DNA of 64,000 bases from Bdellovibrionales bacterium (GCA_965219095.1 CBDCMT010000001.1:1984001-2048000), one strand, 5' to 3'. Positions 41,878 through 53,349 are shown, numbered from the stretch's first letter. Notes: generated from the sequence alone by a model not told the origin. Program-made: numbers and translations.

Positions 41878-44695
41878 GTAACTGCTCACTCTCGTAAGTT
41901 TTTATTTAAAGCCATAGAGATGGCTTCTAAAGAAGAATACCCTCTATTTCTCATTGTTTTAACATAGCTGGTAATACGACAAAAATATTTCGCCATTTCT
42001 TCTGTTCTGAAACACCCTGACACTTTCTTTTTCACTTTAGTCATTCTTAGATCTCTTTCAGCTCTGTTATTAGTAGGATCTACGTTCTTTCTTTTAGAAA
42101 AACACAGTATTTCTGCTTCATACTTTTTAAATCGCAGCCAAAGGTTTTGAGCTTGTGTATGCTTTATTCGTCCTTTCTTGCCATTTTTCTTAGGAAATTC
42201 TGGAAGCTCTTTTAAGCCTTTTGTAAGAATACTCCTATACCTTCTCTGAAGAGTTTCGTACTCTTTTTGAGTCAGAACTCTTGACTCTTTTTTATGAACT
42301 AGCTCCACAGTCTCTTTAAGAAGTTTTTTGAGATTTGTAGCCCATTTGAATCCATTGCTTTCTTCTATAAATTTAAGCTCTCTCAAAAGGTGAGCCACAC
42401 ACAAAGCATGAGTTATCTTATCATAACAAAAGTAAGGACTCCAACAATCATGCACAAGCACTCCTGCATATCTATCCAAGAGACCAATATCTTTTATGGC
42501 TTCCTTTCCACGTGAAAGGTGGAGAAACTGCAAGACTAATTCTCCTGAACTATAAGTATGAATCCAGTAGTTTTTACCCTTAACCCTCATAGAGGTCTCA
42601 TCAACATGAATGACCTCTGATTCAAGTATCTTTTCTTTCATCTGCTCTTCCCAACTTTTAAGAAACTCTCCTAATTCAGCAATGTATCTCAACATAACTG
42701 CAGGAGAAATCATTCGACCTATAAGCCCCATGTAATGTTCCCCAACACGTTGAAAAGACAGCATCTGAACTATAATGAAATTGATGATGGAAGCTCTAAT
42801 GCCTACACCATACTGAAGAGGACCACTCATACCTTTAGGGAATTGACCTTTATTTCTAGCTCCACATGAGGGACAATCCTTAACCTCAGAAGTTACAGTA
42901 TGGGTCTGAATTTCATAAAAAATATCAATCTTTTTACGCTTCTCAAGGCTTTTTACCTCTGCTGTCTTTAAACACATCCCACACTGAGAACACTCTGAGG
43001 GAGAGACAGTCTCCTCACTGTTTGTATCTTTACTGTTATCAAGTCTAGTACAGCATAACATTAAATTTTAATATTTTCATAATGCCTCTTAAACTTATTT
43101 CTAGCCTTATTATTTGTAAACTGCCAATTAATTTTGATTCTGTCTTTGTTTCTCTTACGGGTCCAAGTTTCTACTTCTTTTTTTAGTTGTTCAAAACTTC
43201 CTATACGTCGGTTTAAACATTGCTTTGAAAGAGCCGAAAACTCGATTTCTGCCATATTTAACCAACTGGCCTTTTTAGGAGTATAAATCATCTCAAGTCT
43301 ATTTTTTAACTCCAAGGCCTTTTGAGCTGGCATGTTCTCATAAAAAGAAGAGCCATTGTGAGTGTTTAAATTATCTTGTATCAATGTGATCTTGTCTACG
43401 TCCTTATAATATAAGGACATTTTTCTCATGAAAAGAGCATAATCTTTCTTTGTTTTTCTCTTTCTTACCTCTACAATTCTTCTTCCACTCAATGGCTCTA
43501 TGGCTAAGAACACAACACAGGTTCCATTTCTTTTGTAATGATAATCCTCTCTTTTTTCTTTTCCAGGGCTTACAGGAACTGGCATCAAAACATCTTCTAT
43601 CAATTGACAAGGACGCTCATCAAAACAAAGAACAGGACGATTAGAATCTAGCTTTCTTTCATAAACTTCTAAAACAGACTCCATTTGGCAAATAAAATGA
43701 GAATCGATCTTGCTTAAACACCACTGTCTTTTTAAATGAGGTTTGACTTCGTTTTTTTTAATATACGACCCACATGGGTGTGAGAAATAGAGTCTACAAC
43801 ATTTAACTCAACCAACTTATCAGATAGCATCTGTAAACTCCATCGACCATAACCTTCAGGAGCTTTCGTACAAGCTAAACTCGTAATCTTCGTCCTTTGC
43901 TTCCCTGTAAACTTAGGAGGCTTTCCAGGACGAGGAGCATCATAAAGTGCTCTCCCTAATCCTCCCTTCAAGTACCCTTCTTTGATATTTTGAATAGTCC
44001 CTAAAGTTCTCACTCCAAGAATCTCACAAACCTCTGTGGAACCCTTCCCTTGATGGCTTAAAAGTAAAACCCTGGCTCGTGTTAAAACTCGAGACTGATT
44101 CACTCCCTTCTTCAACATCTTCTCTAATTTTGTCTTCTCTGAACTCTTTAACTTTATCCTTACTTTTGGCTTTCTTTTTGCTTTTGGATTTGCTCTTACC
44201 TTTGTTTTTGATTTCATCTTTGATCTCATATCCCCTCTTTGTTTCTTGGACTTTTTATTAAACTACAACAAATATTATAGGAACAACAAAAATACAAGTC
44301 AAATATATTGAAATTTAAGGTTATGCTGTACTAGAGCCCTTTTTTTGACTCCCACTAGCTTTCTTATTACGATTCCCTTGACGACTAAAATCTTGCGAAG
44401 GAGGAAGACCGCTGTTGCTGGAATTTTTTCGAACCTGTTTTTCTAAAAGCACAACAATCAGAATGTTCACAACCTTAAAGAGAGATTCAAAAACCACAGA
44501 AATCTCAGTAGGCACAGAACCTTTCTTTGCAAGCTTATCAAAGTCACTTCTTATATTTTCAATCTCATTTCTGATGGAGGTCTTATTTATTGTCATTTGA
44601 AAAGAGTATTTAAAAGAAAATCTGTAAGAGCAAGACTTTTATCTTAAAACAGGTCTAAAGTTAAGGATAACTGAACAATGTAGGTGAGCAGTTAC
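41878..44695 (-). mobile_element. IS66 (ISBst12-like) copy 2, interrupted by an IS630
   Basis: gtaactgctcac IRs; 8-bp TSD ccaaaaac; transposase split into 44596-44335 and 43048-41886. Confidence 0.95.
43049..44330 (-). mobile_element. IS630-family element (type B), two ORFs joined by a probable -1 frameshift
   Basis: IRs tacagcataac(a/c)ttaaattt; CTAG on both flanks; A8 run at 43752-59; CFDERP, IQDNLNTH, TPKKASWLNMAEIE. Confidence 0.93.
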
Positions 44696-44956
44696 CCAAA
44701 AACTTTATCAAAACGATCCCAGTCTATTTTATTAGCTAAAATGACAAGCGGATGGTTCTTATGAGCAATGTCGTTTATTCTAAAATCAAGAGGGGCTTCT
44801 CTTTTGTGTAGTGAACATATCTTTTGGCCTCATCTTTTTTCCTTTCTGTTTTGCAAAGTTTTTTATCTGTTTTTCCATTTCCTTGCAATTATTTTTATGA
44901 AAAAATTACAAAAAAACAAGTGTTTTTAGCTGTTTGTGCATTTTTCACATTCGACT

Positions 44957-45165
44957 ATTTACCGCCAAGATCTCCAGAACTCAATCCAGATGAAAAAGTT
45001 TGGAATCATTTGAAACACCATAATTGAAAGGTCATTAAGGAACACGTTTAGATGGGTTGGAAAAATTATCGAAGAAAAAACTTCTCTTGATATCTTGTGA
45101 TAAAAGAAAAGTGAAAGGTATTTTTTTGAGGCCATTTGTAGCGAAACTTTTATGAATATCTATAA
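44957..45165 (+). pseudogene. IS630 transposase 3' remnant
   Basis: YLPPRSPELNPDEKVWNHLK. Confidence 0.7.
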
Positions 45166-45234
45166 TATAGTAAATACATTTAGATTTTTCGGTCAATTCT
45201 CTAGAGAAAAAACCTGAAAACATGAATGGAAGCA

Positions 45235-47250
45235 CTATATTTTAGCTTTTTTCAAAAAACTCTCTACTTTTAAAGCCAGCGAGTCGCTGTCAAGACCATG
45301 TTGTTTATAAAGCTCTTTAGCTGTATAAGCACTTTGTCCAAATTTCCCCTCAACTCCAAAAGAAGTAGACGAAAAATTAAGACCTTTCTGTTTTAAAGCT
45401 GATATTAAATAACTTCCCATTCCTCCTTTGACTTGATGGTCCTCTATTGTGACAAGACGTGGTGTTTTTCTCACTAAAGGCTTGAGAGTGTTTATATCAG
45501 GATTGTTAATACAAGAGGGGTGAAGGACTAAGGTTCTAATATTTTTTTGTTTGAGTTTTCTATGAGCTAAAATAGCTTCTGGAACTAAAGTTCCGGAAGC
45601 TATTAAAAGAAGATCAGGATCTTCTAAATGACAAACAATGTTGAGCTTTCCTAAACGATACTCTTTTATAGCTTTATAAGATCTTGGGAAAACCTCGCGA
45701 CCAAGAAAGAAAATAAAATGAGGAGGAGTTTTTCCCTCCTGTCTTAACCTGTAAAATTTTTCAACGGCTTCTCCTACAAGTTCATAAGCCTCTTGACTAC
45801 AAGATAACGTATAAACTTCTGTGTAAGGCAAAGAGCAAGTAAAGGATAGATAGTTTAAAGATTGATGACTTGCTCCATCGGCTGCATCTTGAAAACCTAT
45901 GTGAGAAAAAATTGCTATTAGAGGGGCTTGAGATAAAGAGGCCATAAGAAGAGGTAAAGCACCTTTTGTTGTGCCAAATTGAGCAAAAGTGTCGACAATA
46001 GGAATCAAGCCTTGTTTTGAAAGGCCTGCTGCCATACTGATCATATTACTCTCAGCAACCCCTAGATCTTGTGATCTTTCAGGAAATTTTTTTTGAAAGG
46101 CTCCCAGACCTGTAGAGCCATATAAATCAGAAGAAAGGCTGAAAATAGGATAGGACTTTTGAGCTTTTTCAATCAAAGCTTGGCTGATTCCTACTTGAAC
46201 TTTTTCATAAACAGAAGAAAGTTTTTCTGAAGTATTTTCTTGATTTCCTTTAGAGGCTTTCTTTTCTAAACGTTTAATCCAATAGAGAAAATCTTCTGGC
46301 ACCTTTTCAGGCTCATAAATTTCTTTTAAAAAATCGTAAAGCTCACTTGGGTTTTTTAATGAAAACCCATGGCCTCCAGACAAACTTTCACTTGTTTGCT
46401 TCACACCATAGCCTTTTGTGGTTTTAGCCCAAATAACTATAGGTTTTTGAGGTGTTTTTCGTACCTGTTCAAAAGACTCTTTAAGAGTTGTTACACAAGA
46501 GTTTAAGTCATGAGCTTTTTCTAAAGGTTTTACTTTCCAACCCAAATTTTCTAGACTTAAAAAAGTAGGGGACATAGAAAAAGCTTCTTCATCAATCCGT
46601 CCTGAAAGCTTTGTGTTATTATCACTAATGATTAAAACAAAAGGTGATATTTTGTTTTTTTGAGCTAAGCCTGAAATTGCCGCTAAAGCTTCTTTAGCTT
46701 CGCCCTCCATAAGTCCTCCGTCAGAGACAAAAGTCACACAAATTCGTTTTCTTTTAAAAAGCCTATCAGCAAAGCTTAAGCCTTGTGCTTGAGCTAAAGT
46801 GGAGCCTAAAGGGCCGTTACTCAAATACACAGCCTGTGGAAATAAATGGACCTCTCCATGCCCTGTTAAAGGGCTTCCCAAACAGCGAAATTTACGAAGC
46901 TTTTCAAAGCTTAAATCAGAAAAACCATAATTAGCCTTTACAGCATAGAAGATGTTTTCACAATGACCTATGTCATTGATGATATGAAAATGATCATACC
47001 AAATTGGAGATGAAGAAAAAACAATCCCATAAAGAGCTGAAACCAGTTCCGCTAAAGCTGAAGGACCTCCCCAATGACTGGCTGCTCCTCCCATCACAGC
47101 TTCCATATTCATAAGTGCAACTAAAGCTCTTAAAGCTTTAGGATCACTAAAGCCGTCCTTTTTATAGTGAGGTCCTTGAGGGGGGGTCGGTGCTAAAGGA
47201 GGCTTTATCTTCAGAAACTTTTTTTCAAACATACTTGTTTTTAGACTCAA
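45235..47250 (-). CDS. tkt: Transketolase (single chain)
   Basis: SHWGG, LTGHGE, GPLGS, SDGGLMEG..E...SDN, LGVAESNM, DGASHQ, IEDH..GGMG. Confidence 0.85.
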   Translation of the reverse strand: MSLKTSMFEKKFLKIKPPLAPTPPQGPHYKKDGFSDPKALRALVALMNMEAVMGGAASHWGGPSALAELVSALYGIVFSSSPIWYDHFHIINDIGHCENIFYAVKANYGFSDLSFEKLRKFRCLGSPLTGHGEVHLFPQAVYLSNGPLGSTLAQAQGLSFADRLFKRKRICVTFVSDGGLMEGEAKEALAAISGLAQKNKISPFVLIISDNNTKLSGRIDEEAFSMSPTFLSLENLGWKVKPLEKAHDLNSCVTTLKESFEQVRKTPQKPIVIWAKTTKGYGVKQTSESLSGGHGFSLKNPSELYDFLKEIYEPEKVPEDFLYWIKRLEKKASKGNQENTSEKLSSVYEKVQVGISQALIEKAQKSYPIFSLSSDLYGSTGLGAFQKKFPERSQDLGVAESNMISMAAGLSKQGLIPIVDTFAQFGTTKGALPLLMASLSQAPLIAIFSHIGFQDAADGASHQSLNYLSFTCSLPYTEVYTLSCSQEAYELVGEAVEKFYRLRQEGKTPPHFIFFLGREVFPRSYKAIKEYRLGKLNIVCHLEDPDLLLIASGTLVPEAILAHRKLKQKNIRTLVLHPSCINNPDINTLKPLVRKTPRLVTIEDHQVKGGMGSYLISALKQKGLNFSSTSFGVEGKFGQSAYTAKELYKQHGLDSDSLALKVESFLKKAKI

Positions 47251-47310
47251 AACCTATAAAATAAAAGTATTTTCGCAAAGCTCACTTTTTAAAAAAGGAA
47301 AAAACCCTTT

Positions 47311-48306
47311 ATGACCTTTCAGAACAGACCTAAAATCGAACTTCACCGCCATTTTGAACTCTCCCTACCTCATGACTTTTTAAAAAACTTAGCCTTCCGG
47401 CATGGCCTTCATGTGGAAAAAAAGAAGGTTTTTGAAGAGACTTTTCTCATTAAAGAACCTATGGAAGATTTAGCTTCAGTTTTAAATCGCTTTCTTGCCA
47501 CTCAGAAACTTTTTTCTTCTGAACAAATCCTCACAGAAGCAGCTTTTAAGGCTTCAGAATATGCTTTTAAAATTGAAAATGTTCATCTTCTAGAACTTCG
47601 TTACTGTCCTACCTTTATAGCTGAAGGAAAAAGTTTAAGTTATGAACAAATCCATCAAGCGATTTTAAAAGGTGTCAAAAAAGCTCAAAAAACCTACCCT
47701 AAACTTCGTGTAGGCCTGTTAGCTGTGATCCAAAGAATCCTTCCTGTTAAAGTTTCTGAAAGAGTTGTTGATTTTGTGATAGAAAATAAAGACACTTTTT
47801 TAGGTATAGATTTAGCTGATAATGAAGTCGGTTTTGAACCTCGTCCTTTTGCTCCTATGTTTCAGAAAGCTAAAAATAAGGGCCTGCATATTACTGTTCA
47901 TGCAGGAGAAGCCAGTGTGCCTGAATCCTCTGAATACGTTAAAGATTCTGTAGAATACTTAGGAGCAGAAAGAATAGGACATGGAGTGAAGATCATTGAA
48001 AACAAAGGTATTTTAAATTGGATTGTTAAAAAAGAAATTCCTTTAGAAGTCTGCTTCACAAGTAACTATCTTACCCAAGCCTTTAAAACCTACCAAGATC
48101 ACCCCTTTAAAAAGCTTCTTACAGAAGGTGTTAAAGTGACTATTAACTCAGACGATCCTTCTATCTTTAATACTGATTTAAATAAAGAATACGAAAAGCT
48201 TACTCAATATCAAAATTTCAAGGAGGAAGATTTTAAAGTTTGCGAAAATAATGCCTTTGAAGCTTGCTTTATCAAAGACAAAGAGGCTTTTTGGCATCAC
48301 CCTTGA
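47311..48306 (+). CDS. add: Adenosine/adenine deaminase
   Basis: PKIELHRH, ELRYCP, TVHAGE, ERIGHG, EVCFTSN, INSDDP. Confidence 0.93.
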   Translation: MTFQNRPKIELHRHFELSLPHDFLKNLAFRHGLHVEKKKVFEETFLIKEPMEDLASVLNRFLATQKLFSSEQILTEAAFKASEYAFKIENVHLLELRYCPTFIAEGKSLSYEQIHQAILKGVKKAQKTYPKLRVGLLAVIQRILPVKVSERVVDFVIENKDTFLGIDLADNEVGFEPRPFAPMFQKAKNKGLHITVHAGEASVPESSEYVKDSVEYLGAERIGHGVKIIENKGILNWIVKKEIPLEVCFTSNYLTQAFKTYQDHPFKKLLTEGVKVTINSDDPSIFNTDLNKEYEKLTQYQNFKEEDFKVCENNAFEACFIKDKEAFWHHP

Positions 48307-48320
48307 AAAATAACCTCTAC

Positions 48321-49079
48321 ATGAAAAAATATCTAAACTCCCCGCCTCTAGAAAAAAGAAGAGAAAATGTTTTTCTTTGCTTAAGTGGTTTTTTTCTGTG
48401 TACTATGTGTTTGTTGAATCTTTTAGGTCTGACTTACTTTGTGCAACTCGGTCCTTTTTCTATTTCTGCAGGAGTTTTAATCTACCCTCTTACTTTTTTA
48501 TGCACTGATCTCATTAGTGAAATTTATGGCAGAAAAAAAGCTCAATTTTTAGTTACTTTAGGATTTGTTTTAAACCTTTTTATTTTGACTTACCTTTATA
48601 CGGTAAAACTCCTTCCTGAATCAAATCACAAGCCTCCTTGGCAAGACTTAAACTTAGCTACTCCTCTCAACCTCCCTGACGGCAGTGTGTTTGAAGAAGA
48701 CATTGACATTTTTTCTTTCATCATGTCTTGTATGACAGGATCCGTAGGGGCTTCTATGATTGCTTATCTTTTAGCTCAATACTGGGATATTCATTTTTTT
48801 CACTGGCTGAAGAAAAAAACAAGATCAAAACATTTATGGCTTAGAAATAACTTAAGCACTATAACAAGCCAGTTCATAGATACTATTTTTGTGATGAGTA
48901 TTGTCTTTGCCGGCTCTCTTTATAGACAAGAGATGTCTTTAGAAGCCTTCTTCTTTTTGCTTTTAAGTAATTACGGGTATAAGTGTCTCTCAGCTTTTTT
49001 AGATACACCCTTATGTTATCTTATTATCTTTTTTTGTAGGAAATACTTAAGATTAAACCAAGAAGAAGAGGTAACTTAA
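48321..49079 (+). CDS. Queuosine precursor transporter (YhhQ/VUT family)
   Basis: GVLIYPLTFLCTDLISEIYG, ASMIAYLLAQYWD, HLWLRNNLST..SQFIDT, DTP. Confidence 0.9.
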   Translation: MKKYLNSPPLEKRRENVFLCLSGFFLCTMCLLNLLGLTYFVQLGPFSISAGVLIYPLTFLCTDLISEIYGRKKAQFLVTLGFVLNLFILTYLYTVKLLPESNHKPPWQDLNLATPLNLPDGSVFEEDIDIFSFIMSCMTGSVGASMIAYLLAQYWDIHFFHWLKKKTRSKHLWLRNNLSTITSQFIDTIFVMSIVFAGSLYRQEMSLEAFFFLLLSNYGYKCLSAFLDTPLCYLIIFFCRKYLRLNQEEEVT

Positions 49080-49114
49080 GACCTTAAATAAGGGGTGTAA
49101 AACTTAAAAAAAAT

Positions 49115-49152
49115 GCCTCCTCAAAAGAATCTGTGAGTTCCCAGGAGAAGCC
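49115..49152. mobile_element. Second, diverged 38-bp ISL3 mini-element
   Basis: Revcomp ggcttctcctgggaactcacagattcttttgaggaggc; 4 differences from 13385-13422. Confidence 0.8.
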
Positions 49153-49185
49153 AGAGATTCTAAGGTCTTGTACTCACAGAGAAAT

Positions 49186-50391
49186 CTATTCTTTTTTCCA
49201 CAAATGGGAAACTTTTTTTTGCACAGATTCTTTTTCAATAAGAATAAGACCTGTGCTTGTTATAAGAATAGAAAAAGGGATAAGAGCAAAGAGAGCATTT
49301 TGCACCCACTCTCCTTCTGCAAAATTTTTTTGTAAAGGAAGTGTGGCAAGGACAGAACAAGCTAAGCCTCGAGGCCCCATAAGTGTAGAGGTCAAAAAGT
49401 CTTTTGTTGAGAACTCTGTGTTTGAAAAAACAAGTTTTGAAGAAATAAAGCGTGTTAAGAGAATCAGAGCACAGAGGAGAAGCGCTAGTAGAATCATAAG
49501 GAATCCGTTAATTTGAATGAGAATACCCAAGTACACGAAGAAAAAAGTTTTTAATAAAAAAGATATTTCAGTTAATAGAGATAGTTCTTCTGTATCCATA
49601 CCATCTTCTTTTGTGAAAAACTTTGAAAAACTGCCTATATTAGCAAGGGCAAAGCCTAAGGAAAGGACTGCCATAGCTCCATTATAACCTATAAGTTCAC
49701 AAATGGAAAAAGTAATAAGAGCCCAAGCTTCTCCTGCAAAAGCTTTAGGGATAATAGTTTTATATTGTTTTTTTAGAAAAGCCCAAATAGCACCGCTGAA
49801 AAAACCCCATAGAATGGCTATTAAAGTGTTAGGTCCTACAGCAATGAAAATCTGAGAGGCTTCAAATTTTTCACTGATGGTTGAATCTAATACAACTAAG
49901 AATAAGACGATAGCTAAAACGTCAGTGAAGGCTGATTCTAATGCTAAGATATCTTTCATTTTTCCAGATATATTGAGATTTTTAAGAAGAGGTATGACGA
50001 TAGCAGAAGAAGTGGACCCTAGGGCGAGAGAGGTTAAAAGAGCTGTTGTAAAATCTTTTAGAAAAATAGTCATTATAAGGAAAAAAGAGGCTATGCTTAT
50101 TGTTAAAAAAGAAAGACAAGAGATCTTTAAAGCAAGGCTTGCTGAAGCTGTGAGTTTTTGAAATTTAAGATTTAAACCTCCTTCATATAGAATCACAATG
50201 AGGGCTGTTGTAGAAAAAAAAGGCCCTAAGGCACCAAAATCTGAAGGCTTCATAAGCCCTAAAACAGGTCCTATAAGATAACCAATAACAATGAGAACTA
50301 ATAGATCTGGAACTTTTGTCTTTATAAAAACCCAGTTTAAAAAATGACCTAAGAAAAACAGAAGGGCAAAAGCTAAAATTAGATATGGCAT
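49186..50391 (-). CDS. Cation:proton antiporter (CPA1/NhaP-like)
   Basis: About 12 hydrophobic segments; ILYEGG, STSSAIVIP, LESAFTD, GPRGLA. Confidence 0.88.
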   Translation of the reverse strand: MPYLILAFALLFFLGHFLNWVFIKTKVPDLLVLIVIGYLIGPVLGLMKPSDFGALGPFFSTTALIVILYEGGLNLKFQKLTASASLALKISCLSFLTISIASFFLIMTIFLKDFTTALLTSLALGSTSSAIVIPLLKNLNISGKMKDILALESAFTDVLAIVLFLVVLDSTISEKFEASQIFIAVGPNTLIAILWGFFSGAIWAFLKKQYKTIIPKAFAGEAWALITFSICELIGYNGAMAVLSLGFALANIGSFSKFFTKEDGMDTEELSLLTEISFLLKTFFFVYLGILIQINGFLMILLALLLCALILLTRFISSKLVFSNTEFSTKDFLTSTLMGPRGLACSVLATLPLQKNFAEGEWVQNALFALIPFSILITSTGLILIEKESVQKKVSHLWKKE

Positions 50392-52358
50392 GAACTTGAA
50401 ATGCCTTCTGAAAATAAGGTTTCGGAATGGAATAAGTCTTTATTTTTTGAAGAGATAAGGTAAGGAGATCCTTTTAAACTTTTCCCATACTTTCTAAGGA
50501 AAAGATGGGCTTCTTTCATAGAAAATCTTTTTTCTTGAATGCTTTTTTCACATTCTTTTCTTACTTTTTCAAAGAGATCGTGTCCTTGGTATCTTAAGTA
50601 GCTTAGAACTTCAGAAACAGAATCCTCTCTGGATACTTCATTAAGTATATAGCGACCGTCTTCATGAATGGATACTTGGACTGTATTAGTATCTCCAAAA
50701 AGGTTATGTAAGTCTCCTAAAACTTCTTGATAAGCTCCTGTTAGGAAAAACCCAATATAGTAAGGATCTTTTAAATTCAATTCATGAACTTCTAAATACT
50801 TTTGTACCTCTTTTGTTTCTGAATCAATGAAGCGTTCAATTTTTCCATCAGAGTCACATGTCAAGTCAGCTAAAATAGCACGTTGTGTTGGTTTTTCATG
50901 AAGTCTTTGAATGGGCATGATAGGGAAGACTTGGCTTAAAGCCCAAGAATCAGGTAGTGATTGGAATACAGAGAAGTTGCAGAAATAAATAGAAGACAAT
51001 TGACTTTCTAGGTTATAGCAAATTTCTTCGGATCCTTTTATTTTTTTTGCTAGTCGGATCATTTTTTGTGCAATGGCTTGATATAACTCTTCAGCTCTTC
51101 CTCTTTGTTCTAAATTTAAAACTCCATAAGTGAACATTTGTAAAATATCTCTCTTTTTTTCTATTAGATCGTTATAAAACTCATAAAGGTTTTTTTCATT
51201 TACATCGGTGTAGAGTTCTAAGAGTTCTTTCACGATTTGAGAATCTTTAGAATTTATAGTAAAAACAATCTCTTCTTGTAAAGACTTAGCTTGTTCTCCT
51301 AGAACATCTGTGATGAGAACAGAACTATGAGCTACAAGGAAACGTCCCGATTCAGTGATAATGTATGGGTGTTCAATGTCTTGTTCATCACAAATGGATT
51401 GGGTGATAAAAATGATATCATTAGCGTATTCTTGAGGAGTGTAATTAAGAGAATTTTTAGAATCTAAATTTTGAGGAGCTTCATAATTGACTCCTAAACC
51501 TCCTCCTACATCTAGATATTTTAAAGAGGGGGCTTGTTTTTTAAGCTCTACATAAAACCGAACCCCTTCTTTAACACCGGTTTTAATATGTTGTATAGAA
51601 GGGACTTGAGAACCAATATGGAAGTGAAGTAGCTCTAAGGAATTTGTAAAATTGTTATTTTTCAATGTTTCCATGCAATGGACAAGCTCTCTAGAGGTCA
51701 AACCAAACTTAGAATTCATTCCTGTACTATCTCCCCAATGGCTTTTAGAGGAGGAGTGGAGTTTCACTCTAAAGCCAATAGAAGGCTTAAGGTCTATACT
51801 TTTACTGATCTCTATAATAGTTTCTAATTCTTCCATTCTTTCTACAACAATAATGGTATGTTTGTTGATTTTTTGAGCCAATAAGGTCATTTCAATGTAA
51901 TCTCGATCTTTAAAGCCATTACATATGATGGCGGCTTCAGGGTTTTTCATAAGAGCTAAGGCGATAAGAAGTTCAGGTTTACTACCACATTCTAATCCTA
52001 AGTTAAAAGCATCTCCCTTGTTAATAATTTCTTGTACAATCTGTCCGTGTTGATTCACTTTTATAGGGTAAACGCCTAAGTATCGTCCTTTGTAGTTATT
52101 TTCTTTAATAGCATTTTGAAAGTAAGAATTAATTTTTAGAATACGGGATTCTAAAATTTCAGAAAAACGAATTAACAAAGGTGTATTAAGGCCTCTTTGT
52201 TGAAGTTCTCTGACAAGAGAGTGAAGGTTTAATCTTTGTTGAGGTTTTTGAAGAGGACAGATTTCAAGAAAGCCCTCTTTATTGATTTGAAAGTAGTCAT
52301 CACTCCAACTTTGAAGACTGTAGAGATTTTTACTTTTTTCAATGTTCCAAGTTTCCAC
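50379..52358 (-). CDS. speA: Biosynthetic arginine decarboxylase (start GTG 52358 or TTG 52364)
   Basis: VYPIKVNQ, GLECGSKPEL, HFHIGSQ, DVGGGLG, ESGR, DLTCDSDG, GAYQEVLGDLHNLFG; AAGGAGG SD. Confidence 0.95.
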   Translation of the reverse strand: METWNIEKSKNLYSLQSWSDDYFQINKEGFLEICPLQKPQQRLNLHSLVRELQQRGLNTPLLIRFSEILESRILKINSYFQNAIKENNYKGRYLGVYPIKVNQHGQIVQEIINKGDAFNLGLECGSKPELLIALALMKNPEAAIICNGFKDRDYIEMTLLAQKINKHTIIVVERMEELETIIEISKSIDLKPSIGFRVKLHSSSKSHWGDSTGMNSKFGLTSRELVHCMETLKNNNFTNSLELLHFHIGSQVPSIQHIKTGVKEGVRFYVELKKQAPSLKYLDVGGGLGVNYEAPQNLDSKNSLNYTPQEYANDIIFITQSICDEQDIEHPYIITESGRFLVAHSSVLITDVLGEQAKSLQEEIVFTINSKDSQIVKELLELYTDVNEKNLYEFYNDLIEKKRDILQMFTYGVLNLEQRGRAEELYQAIAQKMIRLAKKIKGSEEICYNLESQLSSIYFCNFSVFQSLPDSWALSQVFPIMPIQRLHEKPTQRAILADLTCDSDGKIERFIDSETKEVQKYLEVHELNLKDPYYIGFFLTGAYQEVLGDLHNLFGDTNTVQVSIHEDGRYILNEVSREDSVSEVLSYLRYQGHDLFEKVRKECEKSIQEKRFSMKEAHLFLRKYGKSLKGSPYLISSKNKDLFHSETLFSEGISSSCHI

Positions 52359-53349
52359 AGACAAAGGTCCTCCTTTATTTAAGACTTCTACAATAAATTT
52401 TAAGAAACCTTGAGTCAATAGATTTTGAATAAGCTTGTAAAGTTTACATATTTTGTATTCAACTTTCTTAGGATTAAGGGAATTTGAGATGTCTTTTGAG
52501 AAGTTTTTATAGTTTTTTAAAATTTTAGTCTTAATTTTTCACCAAGATCAGGGCCTAATTAACCTAAATTCGGGGTTAAAAATATACACTATAAGCCCTC
52601 TAAGAGCTTTAAAGTTTGAGAAGGGCCATTTTCCCTCTAAAAAGACAAAATTTGAGAAAGAGGTAAAAGGGATTTGCTATTGACTAATTCCTAATGTAGT
52701 GTATGTTATATACACTACATTAGGAAGGTATTATGAGCTTATAAGAAAGATAAAAAAGGGTGATAAGATTTGTTTGGCTGAAGTAGAAAACAAAAGAATT
52801 AAGAGCAAGGTTATACAAAAGCACATCCGTTATATGGGAAAAGAAGTCAACAATAAAAAAGTAATTTCCCTCAACTCAGAAGATTTCAAATTTCTGAAGT
52901 TAAAATCCATGGACCCCTTATTATTTTAGGCAAAATAGCCAAAAAAATCGTAACTCGGTTATCTGACCGCCCTTGACTTCTACTGAGGAGGATATTTCTT
53001 AGATTTTAAAGGAGAAGTTTTTATTGATCTTGTTGTAAAACGGCGTTGTAAGACGTTTTCCTAAGGCCTTCCCTGTTACAAAAGTATTAGAGAAGTTCTT
53101 AAAAGAATAATTCTTAGTTTTTTTTCGTAATTTTGATTTTTTTTGTGCTTTATTCTTTAAGAACGAAGCTCACTTGTATACTCAAAAGGCGTTTTAATAG
53201 GCATCTTATCGAGGGAGTTTCCCACAACCATTAAAATATAGTCCTTAGGATCTAATTCCACCTTCTTATACCATTTCCAAAAATTAATTCGACATTCTTT
53301 TAACGCATAGCGTCCTGGCTTTTTGATCAAACTCTGTTAAATTTTTAGA

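Larger units (their letters stand above)
41830..44956 (-). mobile_element. IS5-family 5' remnant (44696-44956 and 41830-41877), split by IS66
   Basis: MRPK..., HPLVILANKIDWDRFDKVF, continuing as GSKYDEKK then GRPGL (after a frameshift) across the IS66 TSD. Confidence 0.75.

Noticed and set aside
48264..48320. preQ1 riboswitch before yhhQ
   Set aside because: Only 14 nt of intergenic space and no consensus seen
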